Source: Psammoneis japonica (Eukaryota). From it: a stretch of 61,558 nt of DNA. Location of the stretch: positions 558,001 through 619,558 of the forward strand of contig QPGO01000031.1 in the NCBI GenBank assembly GCA_008632985.1. The letters are read 5' to 3'. The position numbers and the translations under genes are program-made. The notes under the pieces are model-generated. The model saw nothing but the letters and a program-made list of their open reading frames with translations. It had not been told where the DNA came from and did not search any database. Shown here piece by piece: positions 21,815 to 34,470 of the stretch. The stretch's first letter is position 1; each line of letters starts with the position of its first letter.

Positions 21815-22929
21815 GCTTTCTTTTCCTTTGGATCGAATCACACGGCCTTGCTTGGCTCAGGCCCGCTGGCCACCTGATTGTCGCCCTCTGGCTCCTCTAA
21901 TTTTTCAACTTTACAGTTGAATTTATTCATTCATTGCGCCTGCTGCTCGGCCTTTTTCATTGCGCCCACTACTCGGCTGCATTTAAATTCATTTTTGCCC
22001 ACTGCACCGGCACTGCACCCATCCCAATCGCCCGCTGCTCGGCTTCCCTCTACCTCCAATCTTCAGCTTCATCTCGGGCCCCTCTCCATCGTGTTGTTCC
22101 TCACTGCAATCGCCACCGCCCTGAACATCCTGGACAATTCGTCAATCTTGGAGCTTTCTGCTTCACTCTCTCCAACCATGCGCGCCGCAGCGACCACCAA
22201 CTGCTCCAACCCAGCAGCGTTTCCCGTTTCCTCACGAACGGGAGCACTCGGTGCCAGTGTCACAGCAACCAATCGACAACAATGTTTTTCTGACAGTTTC
22301 GCTCGCCCTTGGGTGTCTCCAGGCCTTTCATGGTGCACCCTCAAATAAAATGGGGTCGTCTTCGCCACCGTGCCACTCTGCCCATGGCAGCTGCCGCCCG
22401 TCATTTCCACATGGTTGCCCATGAGCCACTCCCTGGTCACCACCATCTTGCCCATTCCCTGCAGCTGCTTCGTTCCTTCCTCACCAGCTGGAGAGTGAAT
22501 GCAACAGCTGTTGGTCTTTGGCGCCACATCAACAACGGAAACTAACGGCCATTTCTTTCGAGTCATCATGCCTTGTGTCACCTTCAGTGCTGTGCACACA
22601 CATTTGCCGAATTGACAAATTCAATTAACAACCACTTCAATGACACGTTTGCCACGCGTGCGTGAACTCCAACTGCCACATTTCTCCTTTCCCATCATCG
22701 CAATTGCAACAGACGATGGACGCGTTGTCGTCTTCCATTGGTCGAGCGCAATTTCCTGAGCCACATCATTGTTCCATGATGATGTGGCGCGCCACATGCC
22801 CCTCCACGCCACCTTTTCACTGAGGTGGCACTGGGAGTTTCAACCCTTTCTCTCAGTTGCACCCATTCGAAACACTCGCAATTTTGACAACATCGTTTTT
22901 GTTCCTTCCGTCTCAAGTTTTCCTCGTCG

Positions 22930-25871
22930 ATGATGCCAGCTCCTCCCAGTGCCCTGGGTGACTTCGCCCGTCAGATGGCCGGTGCGCCACCGTCTGTTTC
23001 CTCCAGCTTCAAGCACGACCCTGATAAAATCGCCCACCTTGCCACCGCCATGTCTGGCACCATCAGCCCCACCATCCGTTCGGCCATGGTCAATGATCCG
23101 CGCTCCACCATCCAAACCATTGCAGTGGTTGATGGTTTTTTACGCATGCTCATGCGCCCAACCCTCGCTTCCTTGGTTGCTTTCAATGAAGCCATCGCAC
23201 TGGCGAGCCTTGGGAACACCTTTGACAGCATCACCCCTGTCAAGGTCAAGGACATGCTGGATGAGCATGTCATCACCCTCGTTCCCAAACACATTGCGGA
23301 CTCCCTTGATCTCCCCATCAGTGACAAGAACCCGGCGACGTTGGACGCGTCTAAGCCCGACGAGGAAGGGAATGAAGTCCCACCTGGCCAAGAGTGCTTG
23401 GGGTTTGACGCCGCTTCTGCTGACGACATGCCTGAGTTTGTTTGCATTCCCCTTGCTTGCCCTTTGGCGTTGGGCGAGCACCTTTGGGTTGATGTCTCCA
23501 TTGAGGACGACATTCCTGCTTCTGTCCCCGTTTCGGCTCCCTTTTGCTCTTGGCATGCTGCTGTCCGTCACCTGATCTTGCACAATTCAGGCAAATCCCT
23601 CCAGGCATGTGATGATCTTTTCAAAGAGGCTGAGTTCGTCAACATGTTCCAAGACTGCGCCAGCTTGCCGAAGGTCCCTCTGTCGAGCATGCCGTGCTCA
23701 CCCCATGCACGGTCCATTTCGACAATGTGCACTCCATCCTCAAGGAGTTGCGCACTGCAGCTGTTTTTCGTCTTGCAGAAGACAAGGACCCTGCATCCGT
23801 TTTCACCGGAGGGTCACCAGTGGCTGGCACCCCAGACCTGGAATGCCTTGTCCGAGCTGCAGTTGAGTCAGTCACTCGCCATGACCTGGACAAACCTCAG
23901 AACACCCTTGCCAGTTCGGAGCGCAATCAACGCAAGGAGACGGATGATGTTGTCCTTTGTTGCCGTCTGTTCTTCTCGTCCATTGTTGAGGCAGTGGACA
24001 GCGATGGTCACGTCACAGACAACCTTGTCACTGCTCCCCCATTGTGCGAGGAATTCTTGTCTGTTGTTCATGCTTCCAAAAGCACTCGTGCTTTGGCACT
24101 CGCCATTGAGAACATGACACAGCATGTCAAGGATCGTGCCACCTCGGACTTGCACATCGATGGTTGTGCAGGACGTGTTCCAGCCGCACGTGAACCAAAT
24201 CGTGCACAAAAACGACATTTGCGCGATTTTTGCGCGGTCCCTAACTTACGATCGAACTTTCACCACCAAAAGTATAGATTTACACAAATATAAATGTTTT
24301 GCAACACTAACAAGACTCGTGTGAGTGTTGCAATATCATTGTTATTGTGCTATCTATGTTTTTCATTGCGTTAAAAGATTCGTAACACAACGGATGATTT
24401 TCGGCGAAAATGTTGCCGTTATTTGGATGTTACCTAAATATATTTTGCTACGATGATACTTGGTAGGTTTTCTACTTACAAAGAAATCTCAGTATAAATC
24501 AACTGACGTACAATCAGTATTGAGTCTACTGAGGAAGTTTATGATACATATCCCATGAGGATTTGAATATCACTCAAAAAACTATTTAAGTGTACATACT
24601 CAAGAAGCCTATAAAAGTCAATCCGTCTAAGTATTTTTATTAAAATGCTATATACACTAAAATATACATAAATTATATTCAAAATCCGATTGTCGTTTTG
24701 TGCGTCACCTGGGATGGAACACGTCGCAGATTTTGACATCAAGCTTTTGGATCTTCCCTTTGTCACGCGTCTGATTTTGCATGGATGGGCGCCAGTCCCT
24801 CCTGTTGTTGACCCAGACTCCATCAAGGACAAGCTTGGCATCTGTCATTTTGCCAAGCCCAACCAAGCGTGTGTCAAGTGCCTTGCGTGAATCGAGAACG
24901 GTCGCACTCTCCTTCGTCAAGAGCAGGTCGGTGAGGAGGACACCAAGAAGAACAAGAAAACCACAGACCTGTGCTTCACTGGCATGATGGATTCGCATGA
25001 AATGGTTGACACTGCAGTGGGCAATCTGTGGATCTTTTTTACCTTCGCATCAGACGCCTTCCTCGTGACCAACCCGAAAAAATTGCCGGCGGCATGGCGA
25101 GTCATTCAGGCCTTTTTGCGGGTTAAGAACAGCCCAGAAGGATGCGCTTGGGCAACTCGGCACCGGGCAATGCAGCATGTCTTCATCCACATGATCCAAT
25201 CTCTCCAGCACATCTTGTCACCTTTTGTCTCCCTTGGCAACACGCTGGCATGTCGCAATGCTCTTGCTTCCGGTGTGCAGATTGGTCCAAAAGCGATTGC
25301 CGATGCCACGGCCCAGGCCATGTCAGAGGTTGCACGCCTCACAAATGTCATTCGGAGTGGAGACTTGGGCGAATGTCGCAACGAGCCACCCATCATGAGG
25401 CTCGTGTGCCCAGCATCGTCGCGGAGTGATGCATCCAATGCTTCATCCAAAGGTTCCACAAACTCACCCGACAAACCCAGGAGCGACAATGCTCGCACGG
25501 AGGCAAACAAAGCCAAAGGTCTCGTGCATTTCAATGGCTCTGGGAAACCGCCGATTGCAGATTCAATCATGGCACCTCACCCTGTCAAGAAGAAACCTGC
25601 CATGATTTGTGGTGACTTCACAACTGTTGGCTGCAGCTGTCGGTTTGGCGAACGTTGCAACTTCTTACACCCGACGTCTGTCGAGAAACTTCTGGGCGAG
25701 GCACGTGCAGCCTACAAGAAGTTCGTTGATGATCACGCTGAACTTGCTTGGGCCAACCAGCCTTCTTCTGGTGCGCAGCTGTTGCGCTCTCACCCAACTG
25801 CGATGCAATCTAACACTTGGGCACCTGTTTCTATTCACATTCGCAGATCCAGTCTACGTTTGTGCCAATGA
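22930..25871 (+). pseudogene. gag-like ORF of the YR retroelement with a C-terminal CCCH finger; frameshifted and MITE-interrupted
   Basis: Consecutive ORFs 22930, 23694, 24690 and 24984. CGDFTTVGCSCRFGERCNFLH finger. Removing the MITE rejoins ...LHIDGCA|DFDIKLL... Confidence 0.7.
24172..24725. mobile_element. 554-bp non-autonomous TIR element (MITE) nested in gag
   Basis: Termini GACGTGTTCCA...TGGAACACGTC plus subterminal gcacaaaa(a)cgaca / tgtcgttttgtgc. GCAG is duplicated at 24168-71 and 24726-29. AT-rich interior. Confidence 0.85.
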
Positions 25872-26096
25872 CCTCGTCCCGCCGCTCATTTCCTTGCAAG
25901 ATTATCCCGCTGACCTTTCGGTCACCGACTCCGCTTCAGACACCAACAGCACGACCTCACCCGGTGACATGGAGATCCAAGAGGTCAATGAAGACTGGGA
26001 CATGGACGAATTTGCTCAGCCGATTGCAGAAGGGGTCACAGACAAGAAAGTTTCCAGTCTGTCCGATGTCAGGATTGAGAGTGCTCCCGCGGGCCG

Positions 26097-28620
26097 TTGC
26101 TCTCGATTCAAGCACGCAAGGTCTTTGTCAAGTCCCATCTTCCGTCCAAAGCACAGTGTCAACTCGACCAACCTTTTGGCAAGCCGTCCCTCAACCACTC
26201 GTTTTTTTCCGAAGTGCAACTTCGGCATGTTCTTTTGCCACTCTACAAATCAGGTGTTTTATCGCGCAAGACTCAAGCGCACCTTGAAGTGGCCTACAAG
26301 CCCGCACGATGGTTGTCCAAGCTCATGCGAGACCACCAAGGCGTTGATTTTTCACGGATCCAAGACCCCATCCCAAAGGGCGTGGAAACAGACTCCATGA
26401 TGAAGGACCACAGCCGCATGTTCACTGCCGCGGCCCTTCATTTCGATTTGGAAATCCCGGCTCTTATCTCATGCGTTGGCGGGATTCACGTTGGCGCCCA
26501 TCGTGACATTGGTGCAATTTTGCATGCCCTTCGACATGGTGGAGTAGCCCACGAGCTAGTGGATGAACTAGAGCGGATCTACAAAGTGGGGTGCCCACGT
26601 CTCTGCCAGGCAGAAGCTGCAGAAGAGAACTTTCGTGAGTTCGTCAGGCATGGCAACCACTTGTCCGTCAACGAGGTGCCACACAAGACCATGAAGGCCA
26701 TTGCGAAAGACATTCGCCGTGGGTGCGCCATCCCCTTTCACCCGGCTCTGCTCTGGTTCGTTCCGCACCTGCATCGGACGCCCCTTGGCATGGTCGACCT
26801 CCTCAAACTACACAAGTCGCCACGGAACATTTTTGACTCATCCTTCCGACCCAAACCTTGGTGCAACGCCATCAACGACTGGACAGACAAAGACAACGAA
26901 CCGGAACTCATTTTCGGCGGTTCTAAGATGCGTTTTCTTACATGGCTTTGGAACCTCCGAATCTCACACCCGACATCAGAAATCTGCCCGGGCGATGACG
27001 ATGTGGCTGGCGCGTTTCGGCACTGCAAGCACAACCCATTTGTTGTTGCAATGCACAGCTTCCTCATTTTCGGCTACCTCGTGATGGCCACTGGCCAGAC
27101 TTTCAGTGATGGACCCAGTCCGGGGAACTGGGAAGTCATTGCGCGTTGCCGCCAGCAACATGCACAGTGCCTTTGGCATCATCCAGACACACTGGAACGT
27201 GCAATGCCGTGTCACCCCAAAATCGTTTTCGAACCACCACCTCCAGACGCAATCCCGGCATTCTGCTTGCAGACGGGTCGCGGTGTGCTCCAACCTGCGA
27301 CCATCATGTCGACGATGACATGCGTGCGGACGTAGCGGAGTGCATGCCACTCACTGTCTCATCCAGCATTTTGGCGCTTTGTGCCGTCCTTGGCTTTCTG
27401 TCTGAAAAATGCCCAGACTCTTTTTCGTGGGAGAAGTTTAAGAAGCATTTTGCGCATTGCAGAAAAATCATTGGGATTTGGGTTAACACTCGTGCCATGA
27501 CGATCTCCCCACCGGACTATGAGCGCGAGCAGCTGGTGGCTGTCCTTGTGATTTGGCTTGCCCACGATTCCTTCACTCTCATTGAAGTGGCCAAACTTGT
27601 GGGCTCACTCATGGACGCCGCTCTCCTTTGCCATTGGGGACCAATCACTTTTTTTACTCTCCAGAACATGGTTCGTGCCATCCTGGCCAGGCGCTTCCAC
27701 ATGATCAAGGGTCACCACAATCGCACAAGGAAAGTGAAAGAATTCGTGGACCAGATGCCACGTGCTCTTGAGCACAGAGCACTCTCCCTTGTTTCCCAAG
27801 ATGTGGCCCGTCCACTGTGGAGTGACGGAAAACCAGCGAACATGACCACCCAGCTGCGTCAGGAGCTGACATGGCTGCATGATCATTTGTCTGACCCCAC
27901 AAATCCATGGGAGGTGAAGATTGGCCACCTTGTCCCACGCACACCAACCTTTGTGAGCACTGGAGATGCGAGCTTAGATGCCGGAGGAGCTCTCTCGGAC
28001 GACCCATGCCATTGGTTTGACGTCCTGTGGTCTGACAAGGTCAGGCGTGGCGTGCGTTTGCCCAGCAGCCACCGAGACTGCGTCCACGTCAATTGCCTGG
28101 AGCACATTGTGCAATTGCTGCAGCACGCCGCAGCCATCGTCATGCTGGAGGAAGGCCTTTTGGAGGATCTGCTCGCCAAGTTCCCGGACGGCCAATTGCC
28201 CCCGCTTCCGATCCTTCTGTCTAGGACTGACAGCATGAGCTCTCGCAAATGGACAGCCAAAGTGTCTTCCACGTCGTTGCGCGGTCAGAACCTCCTGAAA
28301 ATCCAAGGATCGTTGTTCTCACGGTCTGATCTTGGACATCAGAGCGATTGGCTCCCCGGTCACAAAAACATCAACCCAGATTTCATTTCGTGCCCGGATC
28401 TCACCATTCCCCCTGCACTTTGGTGTGCGCAGATGTTCCGGAGAATTCCGAAGCTGCGATCCTATCGTTTTTTCCAGCCAAGTCACGAGCTCGTCTCGCT
28501 AATCTCGTTGCATCTCTTCACAAGACAATGGCTGGCCCCCCCAAGTCTTCCAAGCAACTTGGGACGATTCATAGCCAGCGAATCCATCACTTCATTTTCA
28601 GTTGTGATCTGGGTCTGTCG
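26097..28620 (+). pseudogene. Reverse transcriptase + RNase H of the YR retroelement (frameshift at about 27290)
   Basis: RT motifs RNIFDSSF, DDDVAGAFRH, QTF..GPSPGNW and HHVDD. RNase H motifs TGDASL, HVNCLE, RTDS and WLPGHKNINPDFIS. Confidence 0.85.
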
Positions 28621-29662
28621 GACGATTGGCTCCTCGTCAGGGCCTCCCAAGAGCGCCGGAACTGCCAAATGGTGCTCTACGCCGCGCACCTCGCCACCGG
28701 CAGCACCTTGGCACATCGCGCCATTCGTGGTGACACGATTGCGAAGCACCTGCTGGACGCGGCATCGTTCATCAAGCGCTTTCCCAGGTGGTCCCCCGGT
28801 GACCTGCACAACAATGATCCAAGGCACTTCTTGGCTCATGATGAGGAATTTGCCCTGTGTGTCGCTCAAGTGCTTGTGGAATGCCATCGCTGGGACGGAG
28901 TCCCAGACCGCTGCGAGTCCTTTGCCATTGACATGTGGTTGTTCCTGGCTGACTTGGCCAGCAAACACGACGAAGACTCCATTTGGGCCGTGTGTCGTGA
29001 CTGGTTCGGCATCGGCTCATGCGGTGGTTTTCACCTCTCAGAATGGGCACAACACAACTGCTCCCAATGGAGTGTGTGCTTTCACCCTTGAGGACACCCA
29101 GCTTTTTGACTCCAACTTGCGCCCGCTCAGCTTTTTGGAAGCCCTTCGGCACACAGACCCGGATTCATTGTGTCTTGAGCTCACTTTCTCTTGGCAGAAG
29201 AATGGGTCGCATGGCGAGCAATGTTTGTTCACCTTTGACAGTGCACGCTGCGACATGAGCCCCGTTGCCCTGTTCCTTGGCATCTTACGATGTTTTGACA
29301 GGCTTTTTGGCATGTCATCCAAGGATGCACCCCTGAGCTTGTGTCGTCGTGAGGATGGCACTGTGCTTTCCATGACTGCAAGTGACATTTCCCACGTCAT
29401 GCGGATGGTTGCCAGTCACAAGTTCAACCTGGATCCTCGCAGGAAATCTCGCGCAAAGATCCTTTCCAAGTGGTCTTCGCACTCCATCCGTGTGGGTGCT
29501 TGCTGCATTCTGCACGCCATGGGCTTCTCGGAGGACCAAATCCAGTTTCTCCTGTGTTGGCGCTCGCGCGCTTTCGTCGCCTGCTTGCGCAATCTCGCCA
29601 TTCTGTCCAACAAGCAGAGCCAGGCGATGGCAGACCTCAGCATTGTGCCAAACATGCTTTAA
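28600..29662 (+). pseudogene. Tyrosine recombinase of the YR retroelement (frameshifted; catalytic Tyr appears as Cys)
   Basis: GFHLSEWAQ (R box), WQKNG, SHSIRVG (HxxR) and WRSRAFVACLRN, where the family consensus is W.S.AF..Y.R. Confidence 0.85.
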
Positions 29663-29889
29663 TCTTTAACCCTTTACTTCCAATGATCCATTCCACCTCG
29701 TGCGTCCACTGTGTCCATTCCAATGACAGCACAAACGGTTTTGGTGCCACAAAATTTCGCCAATTTGCGCCTTTTTCCTTTTTTCTTTTCTTTTCTTTTT
29801 TTTTTTTTTTCCGGACGCCCACTCCCACTCCAAGATGGCACTCTCCTTTGCATTTCCCTTCATTGCATGCAACTGTGAGTGTTCGACCT

Positions 29890-30502
29890 GGGCAGGATTG
29901 TGCACCTCCACTCGAGCGAATCCGCAACCCGGATTTCAAACTCTAGAATGCACGTTTCCGCCACACGCTGCAGTTTACAACTGTCCCCCACTAGCCAAAC
30001 TGCACGAGCGGCAACCAGTCGCGCATCCATCTTGGACGGAGAGTTTGCTGGCATCCAAGGTGGGACCAGGGAATCCGCTGGATTCTCGTTGGTGAGATGT
30101 CAGGGCAGAAGGCAATGAGCCAACTGCCGAGCGTCTGACAGACCGGGACCGCTGACGTCAATCTAGAATGTGGCAGAAGTCAGGGATCGCCGGATGGAGG
30201 GCCTCGGTTCCTGTCTCATTCCTTCCAGGAAACCGAGGTTGAGAGGATGATGGCGGCGATGATGCCGCTTGAATCCTTTTTTGCTTTTCCCACCCACCCA
30301 ATTCCCGGGCAGGATTGTGCACCTCCACTCGAGCGAATCCGCAACCCGGATTTCAAACTCTAGAATGCACGTTTCCGCCACACGCTGCAGTTTACAACTG
30401 TCCCCTGCTGGTTGAACTGTGCAAGCGGCAACTGGTCGCACATGCATCTTGGATGGAGAGTTTGCTGGCGTCCGAGGCGGGACCAGGGAATCCGCTGGAT
30501 TC
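29890..30502 (+). repeat. Right-end repeats B1 (29890-30085), A2 (30085-30287), B2 (30307-30502)
   Basis: B1 and B2 are both 196 bp (gggcaggattgtgcacc...gaatccgctggattc). A2 matches A1. Confidence 0.92.
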
Positions 30503-30519
30503 CGGCCGGCAAGCAAGGT

Positions 30520-30756
30520 TGTTGCGGTGTCCAGTGCGTGTTGCGCATGCGTGTGGGTCAACGCTCAGTGCAGCGCAGCGCTCGACGCTCGAACGCACTC
30601 AGGCAGACTGTGGCAAGTAATTCCAGCCATGTTGTTGCCGAAACGAGCTCACTCTCTCCACTGGGACCGTTTGGCGAAGACCACCACTGTCGCCCAATTA
30701 GTGGGTGGCGCAGAGCAACCCTCACAATTTCTAGAATCCTGTTGATTGCCGCAACA
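30520..30756 (+). repeat. Probable 5' LTR of the copia remnant
   Basis: TGTTGCGG...CCGCAACA inverted termini (TG..CA) directly upstream of gag-like sequence. No second LTR found. Confidence 0.55.
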
Positions 30757-33700
30757 ACACTTTTCTCTCGTGTCTTGTCAATTCTTAGCAACTGCGGCGT
30801 GATTTGCTCAAACGCTCAACCGACCACCGACCGATCGAGTGAATCTGGATGGAGTGGTCTGCTGCCTTGGTCACATGGTGAACAGACTTGGTCATTGTGC
30901 AAACCATGATGGGAAAGCAGTGCTTGGTGCTGTCCAAATTATGAGCTTGCAAGCTTTGGTCTGGTGGCTTTGTGATTGCCAGAAGCATGACCTCTCATTG
31001 GATGCAGGGAGCATTGTTTGATCAGGCGGCACTGGAAGATGCTCGACAGAGGAAGTGCATTGAAAAAGATGTGATTGAATGTGAAGCATTGGCCAGCTCT
31101 TCACTGGCATTCAAGTTGGAGGATTTGGATGTGATGGAGAATGCACTCCTGAACCTCTTGTCTCACACAGAAGGTTGGGGTGCTGAAAGAACCACTGCAT
31201 TGTGTGGTGAGGCCAGCAGCAGTTCCGGCAGCATTTGTTGACACTGTCGAGGAGCCCATGTGTCAATTGAGTTTGAATGGGATGGTGCTCAGCCAGGACA
31301 GTCACTCTGCACATCGTCTGTTGAAAGCTCACATGGTCAGTGCAGAAGTGGCAACTTGGATTGAAGTCACAACAACACAGAGAATTGGAGAGATGCCTTT
31401 TGGGCATGGGCAGACTGCAGCAATGGATTGCTTTCATTGCCTGTCCCACAAGGACCACAGGCTTCAAGGAAGGAGCTTGCAACTGCATTGTTGCTCAAGG
31501 CTTCACCACTGCTGCTGATTTGCACCAAGCACCACTGTCCAAGATTGATGAAATGATCAAACGATTCAAGAAGGACAACTCCGATGATGACCATGTCAAT
31601 TTCCCGCATGTGTCTCTGGTTGTTGGGAAGTTCATGGCAGGCAGCAAGGGGGGAGGAGTCACAGGCCCAAGCATTTGCCGGAGATGGTGTCACAACTTGG
31701 ATGGACCTTCTTGCTGAGTTGGAAAATGTTTGCAGGCAGGAGTTGGAGGACAATGCTCCCAAGGCCACACCTCTTTGCCAGATGCATGACTTCATCAAGT
31801 GGGAAGAGTCATTCTGGACAGAGTTGCAACACCACCACAATGCTGTGACTGGGGTGCCACTGTTGCACATCATTTGCAAGGTGTTGGACATCACTGATGA
31901 GATCTGTGCAGCTGACTGTGATGCCGTCAATGAGAACTTGATTGCAGCTGCTGCTGAGCATGATGGACAAGTGCACACAAAGGACAATCAATGCTTGTGT
32001 GACAGGCTCAAGGAGCTCATTGTTGAAGGACCCAGGTGGGCCTTTGTCAACCATTCAACCACAACAGGACTGGGCGCAATGCCTTTCTGGCCTTGAAGCA
32101 AAGAGGCAGGTTGAAGGCTTGGCACTGCCACTTGGAAGAATCGTGCACACACTCAGATGGCCACCGCAAAGCACACTGAACGAGGTCACTGCACCTTTGA
32201 CCAGTGTGTCCAATGCCGCCAAAGGGCCCACAATGACCTCCTTGACACAGGAGAGCCAGTGGCTGAGACCAAGAAGGCATCCAACTGACTGAAGGGGATT
32301 GCTGACCCCTGATTCGAAACTGACAAGAGGAGCTTTGCAGATGGTGATGATGCCAAGCTCTCCAGCTTCGAACTCTGCCAGCAGTGCATGGAGACCTCAG
32401 TGGAGAATGCCAAGAACTGCTCAGAGCAACAGTGCACTGTTGGTGCAGCTCAGAACGAACACGAAAGGGACTCCAAGAAGAAGGGCAACCCTGGAAAGCA
32501 GAAGCAGGACAAGCCCACGATTGGGGCTGGTGGTCACTGTCCTGAGGACAAATGGCTTGCCCTCAAACTGGAGGAATGTGCCAAGGTTGACAAGCTTTGC
32601 AAAAAGAAAATGAAGGAGAAGGCCAAACAGAAGTGGAAGGCTGTAGCCCTTGATGCTGAGGAGGAGGAAAGTGCTGCTGGGAAAGTCGGCAAGGTCTCCA
32701 GCGACCCTCCCGAGCCTGCTGAGCCCGTTGCTGATGGCAAACCTGCACCCAAAGAGCATGGTGCAAAGGCAGCCAGTGGAGCCAATGCTGGCAATCAGTT
32801 CGGAAGGACAGCTTACAAGCCCAGCACTTTGGTTGAGGATGCAACAATTGAGTGTAAACCTTTGAAGGAGCAATCCAACCAGAGGAATGATTGGTTGTGC
32901 CAATGAGCAAGAGGACTCTTGTTGTGTCATCTGATGACAACAAAAGTCTCAACTTGTCTGACTTGTCCAGTGTGATGCTGTCAGCACCACTCCTGTTGGT
33001 TTCACATCAATGTCTTTTGCCAGTGTGCTGATGCGCACCCTGCCTCCAGTTGCCACTGGATCATCTTCTGACTTAACATCACAAGGTGAGCTTGACTTGT
33101 GCATGGACACATGCTTGCTGGCTCAGCCTGTGCACCTTTGTTGGACCCGAGTCACACTGTCACCGTGTGGCCACACTCAGACGAGTGCAAACCAGTCCAC
33201 AATGTCCCAATCCAATCAGCTGCCACTGCTTGGACTGACCCTTCCACAGGTCAACAACCACACCTGCTCATCATGCATGAGGCCATGCATTTTGGGGACC
33301 GAGTTAAGAACTTGCTGACATGTCCCAACCAATTGCGTGCCAGCAACCTGGCTGTAGACCACATCCCAAAGCAGTTTGAGAGCACAAGCTCCCACTCCAC
33401 ATCATTTCCGGACTTGAAGGTCCAAATCCCACTCCAACTGAGAGAGATTCTGTCTGGTTTTGAAACCTGCAAAACCCACCGACAAAGACCTGGAGGAACT
33501 GCCACTTCTGGAGCAATGTCACCCACACAATGGAGCCCATCATTGGACCCATTTCCCCAGCAGGAAGATGTTGTCAAGTCAAAGCTCAACACCATCATGG
33601 GCTCGTGTCAATCCTCAGGGCTTGGCCCAAAGGGGGAGCATGGGTGGACGAATGAGGCATGATGTGTTTCTGCAATCCGGCCACACAATGATGGGTTTGA

Positions 33701-34470
33701 CCACCCGGAAGAGATTGCCACCACTGGTGACAACTCCACACTGTACAAACACATGGCATTGACGGCAACCATTTCCCACCTTGATGTGAAAGGGGATGAT
33801 GGGTTGCGCAACAACTACAAAAATGACATGCATGGCAATCGCAAAGAGCATGTGCGTGCATTTGCACCATCCAGGCAGGCCACTTCCAAGAGCAAGTCAA
33901 CACCAACTCCCAAGATTTTATCTGGGAGGTGGACATGGGCCCATCCACCAAGAGGAATGCCCAAAAGGTGACCACTCAAGCTGGAGTTGGGAATGTCTGT
34001 GCATCTTCCAAAAGGAAGGTGTGGAAGAAAGCTCCTTGGCTTAAGTTCCCCAGTGTGAAGGACAGGTTTTACACTGACCAGATGTTTTCTAAGGTCAAGT
34101 TGATTCACGGGAACATTGGCAGATCAATTTTCATGAACGGAAAAGGATGCAATCGCTTCTGCCCCTGGAACTCAAAGGCAGATCATCCAGATGCAATGTT
34201 GTCATTCATCCATGGCACGGGAGTTCCCCTTGAGGCAGTGTCTGATGGTGCACCCGAATTGACTGATGGACAGACTGAGGAAACTGTGAAGGAGCACAGG
34301 GGATCAAGCAAGGTGCAGCTGCACCTTGCAGTCCATGGCAAAACTTGGCAGAAGCTTCTGTTTGTGAACTCAAATGGAAAGTTGGGGTTGTCATGCAGTG
34401 CACAAATGCACCCAGACACTGTTGGTCCTGCTGTGCCAAGTGGGCAATGGCAGTTGGGAGGCTCACTGCT
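30520..34470 (+). mobile_element. Heavily decayed, 3'-truncated Ty1/copia LTR retrotransposon (diatom CoDi-like): gag, protease, part of integrase
   Basis: gag-like KWEESF...TGVPLLHII. Protease-like GELDLCMDTC (ELDSHADTC consensus). HEAMHFG..KNLLTCPNQLR...IPKQF. Integrase-like FYTDQMFSKVK and GVPLEAVSDGAPE. No RT seen. Confidence 0.8.

Larger units (their letters stand above)
21593..30502 (+). mobile_element. Full-length, decayed tyrosine-recombinase retrotransposon (DIRS order, Ngaro/PAT-type split direct repeats)
   Basis: A1...B1-A2-B2 repeat arrangement enclosing gag-like, RT, RNase H and YR coding remnants in that order. No target-site duplication seen. Confidence 0.9.

Noticed and set aside
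21579..30514. ccggcaagc on both sides of the YR element as a target-site duplication
   Set aside because: The copies are offset from both termini by several bases, and YR elements normally make no TSD. It is more likely a pre-existing short repeat.
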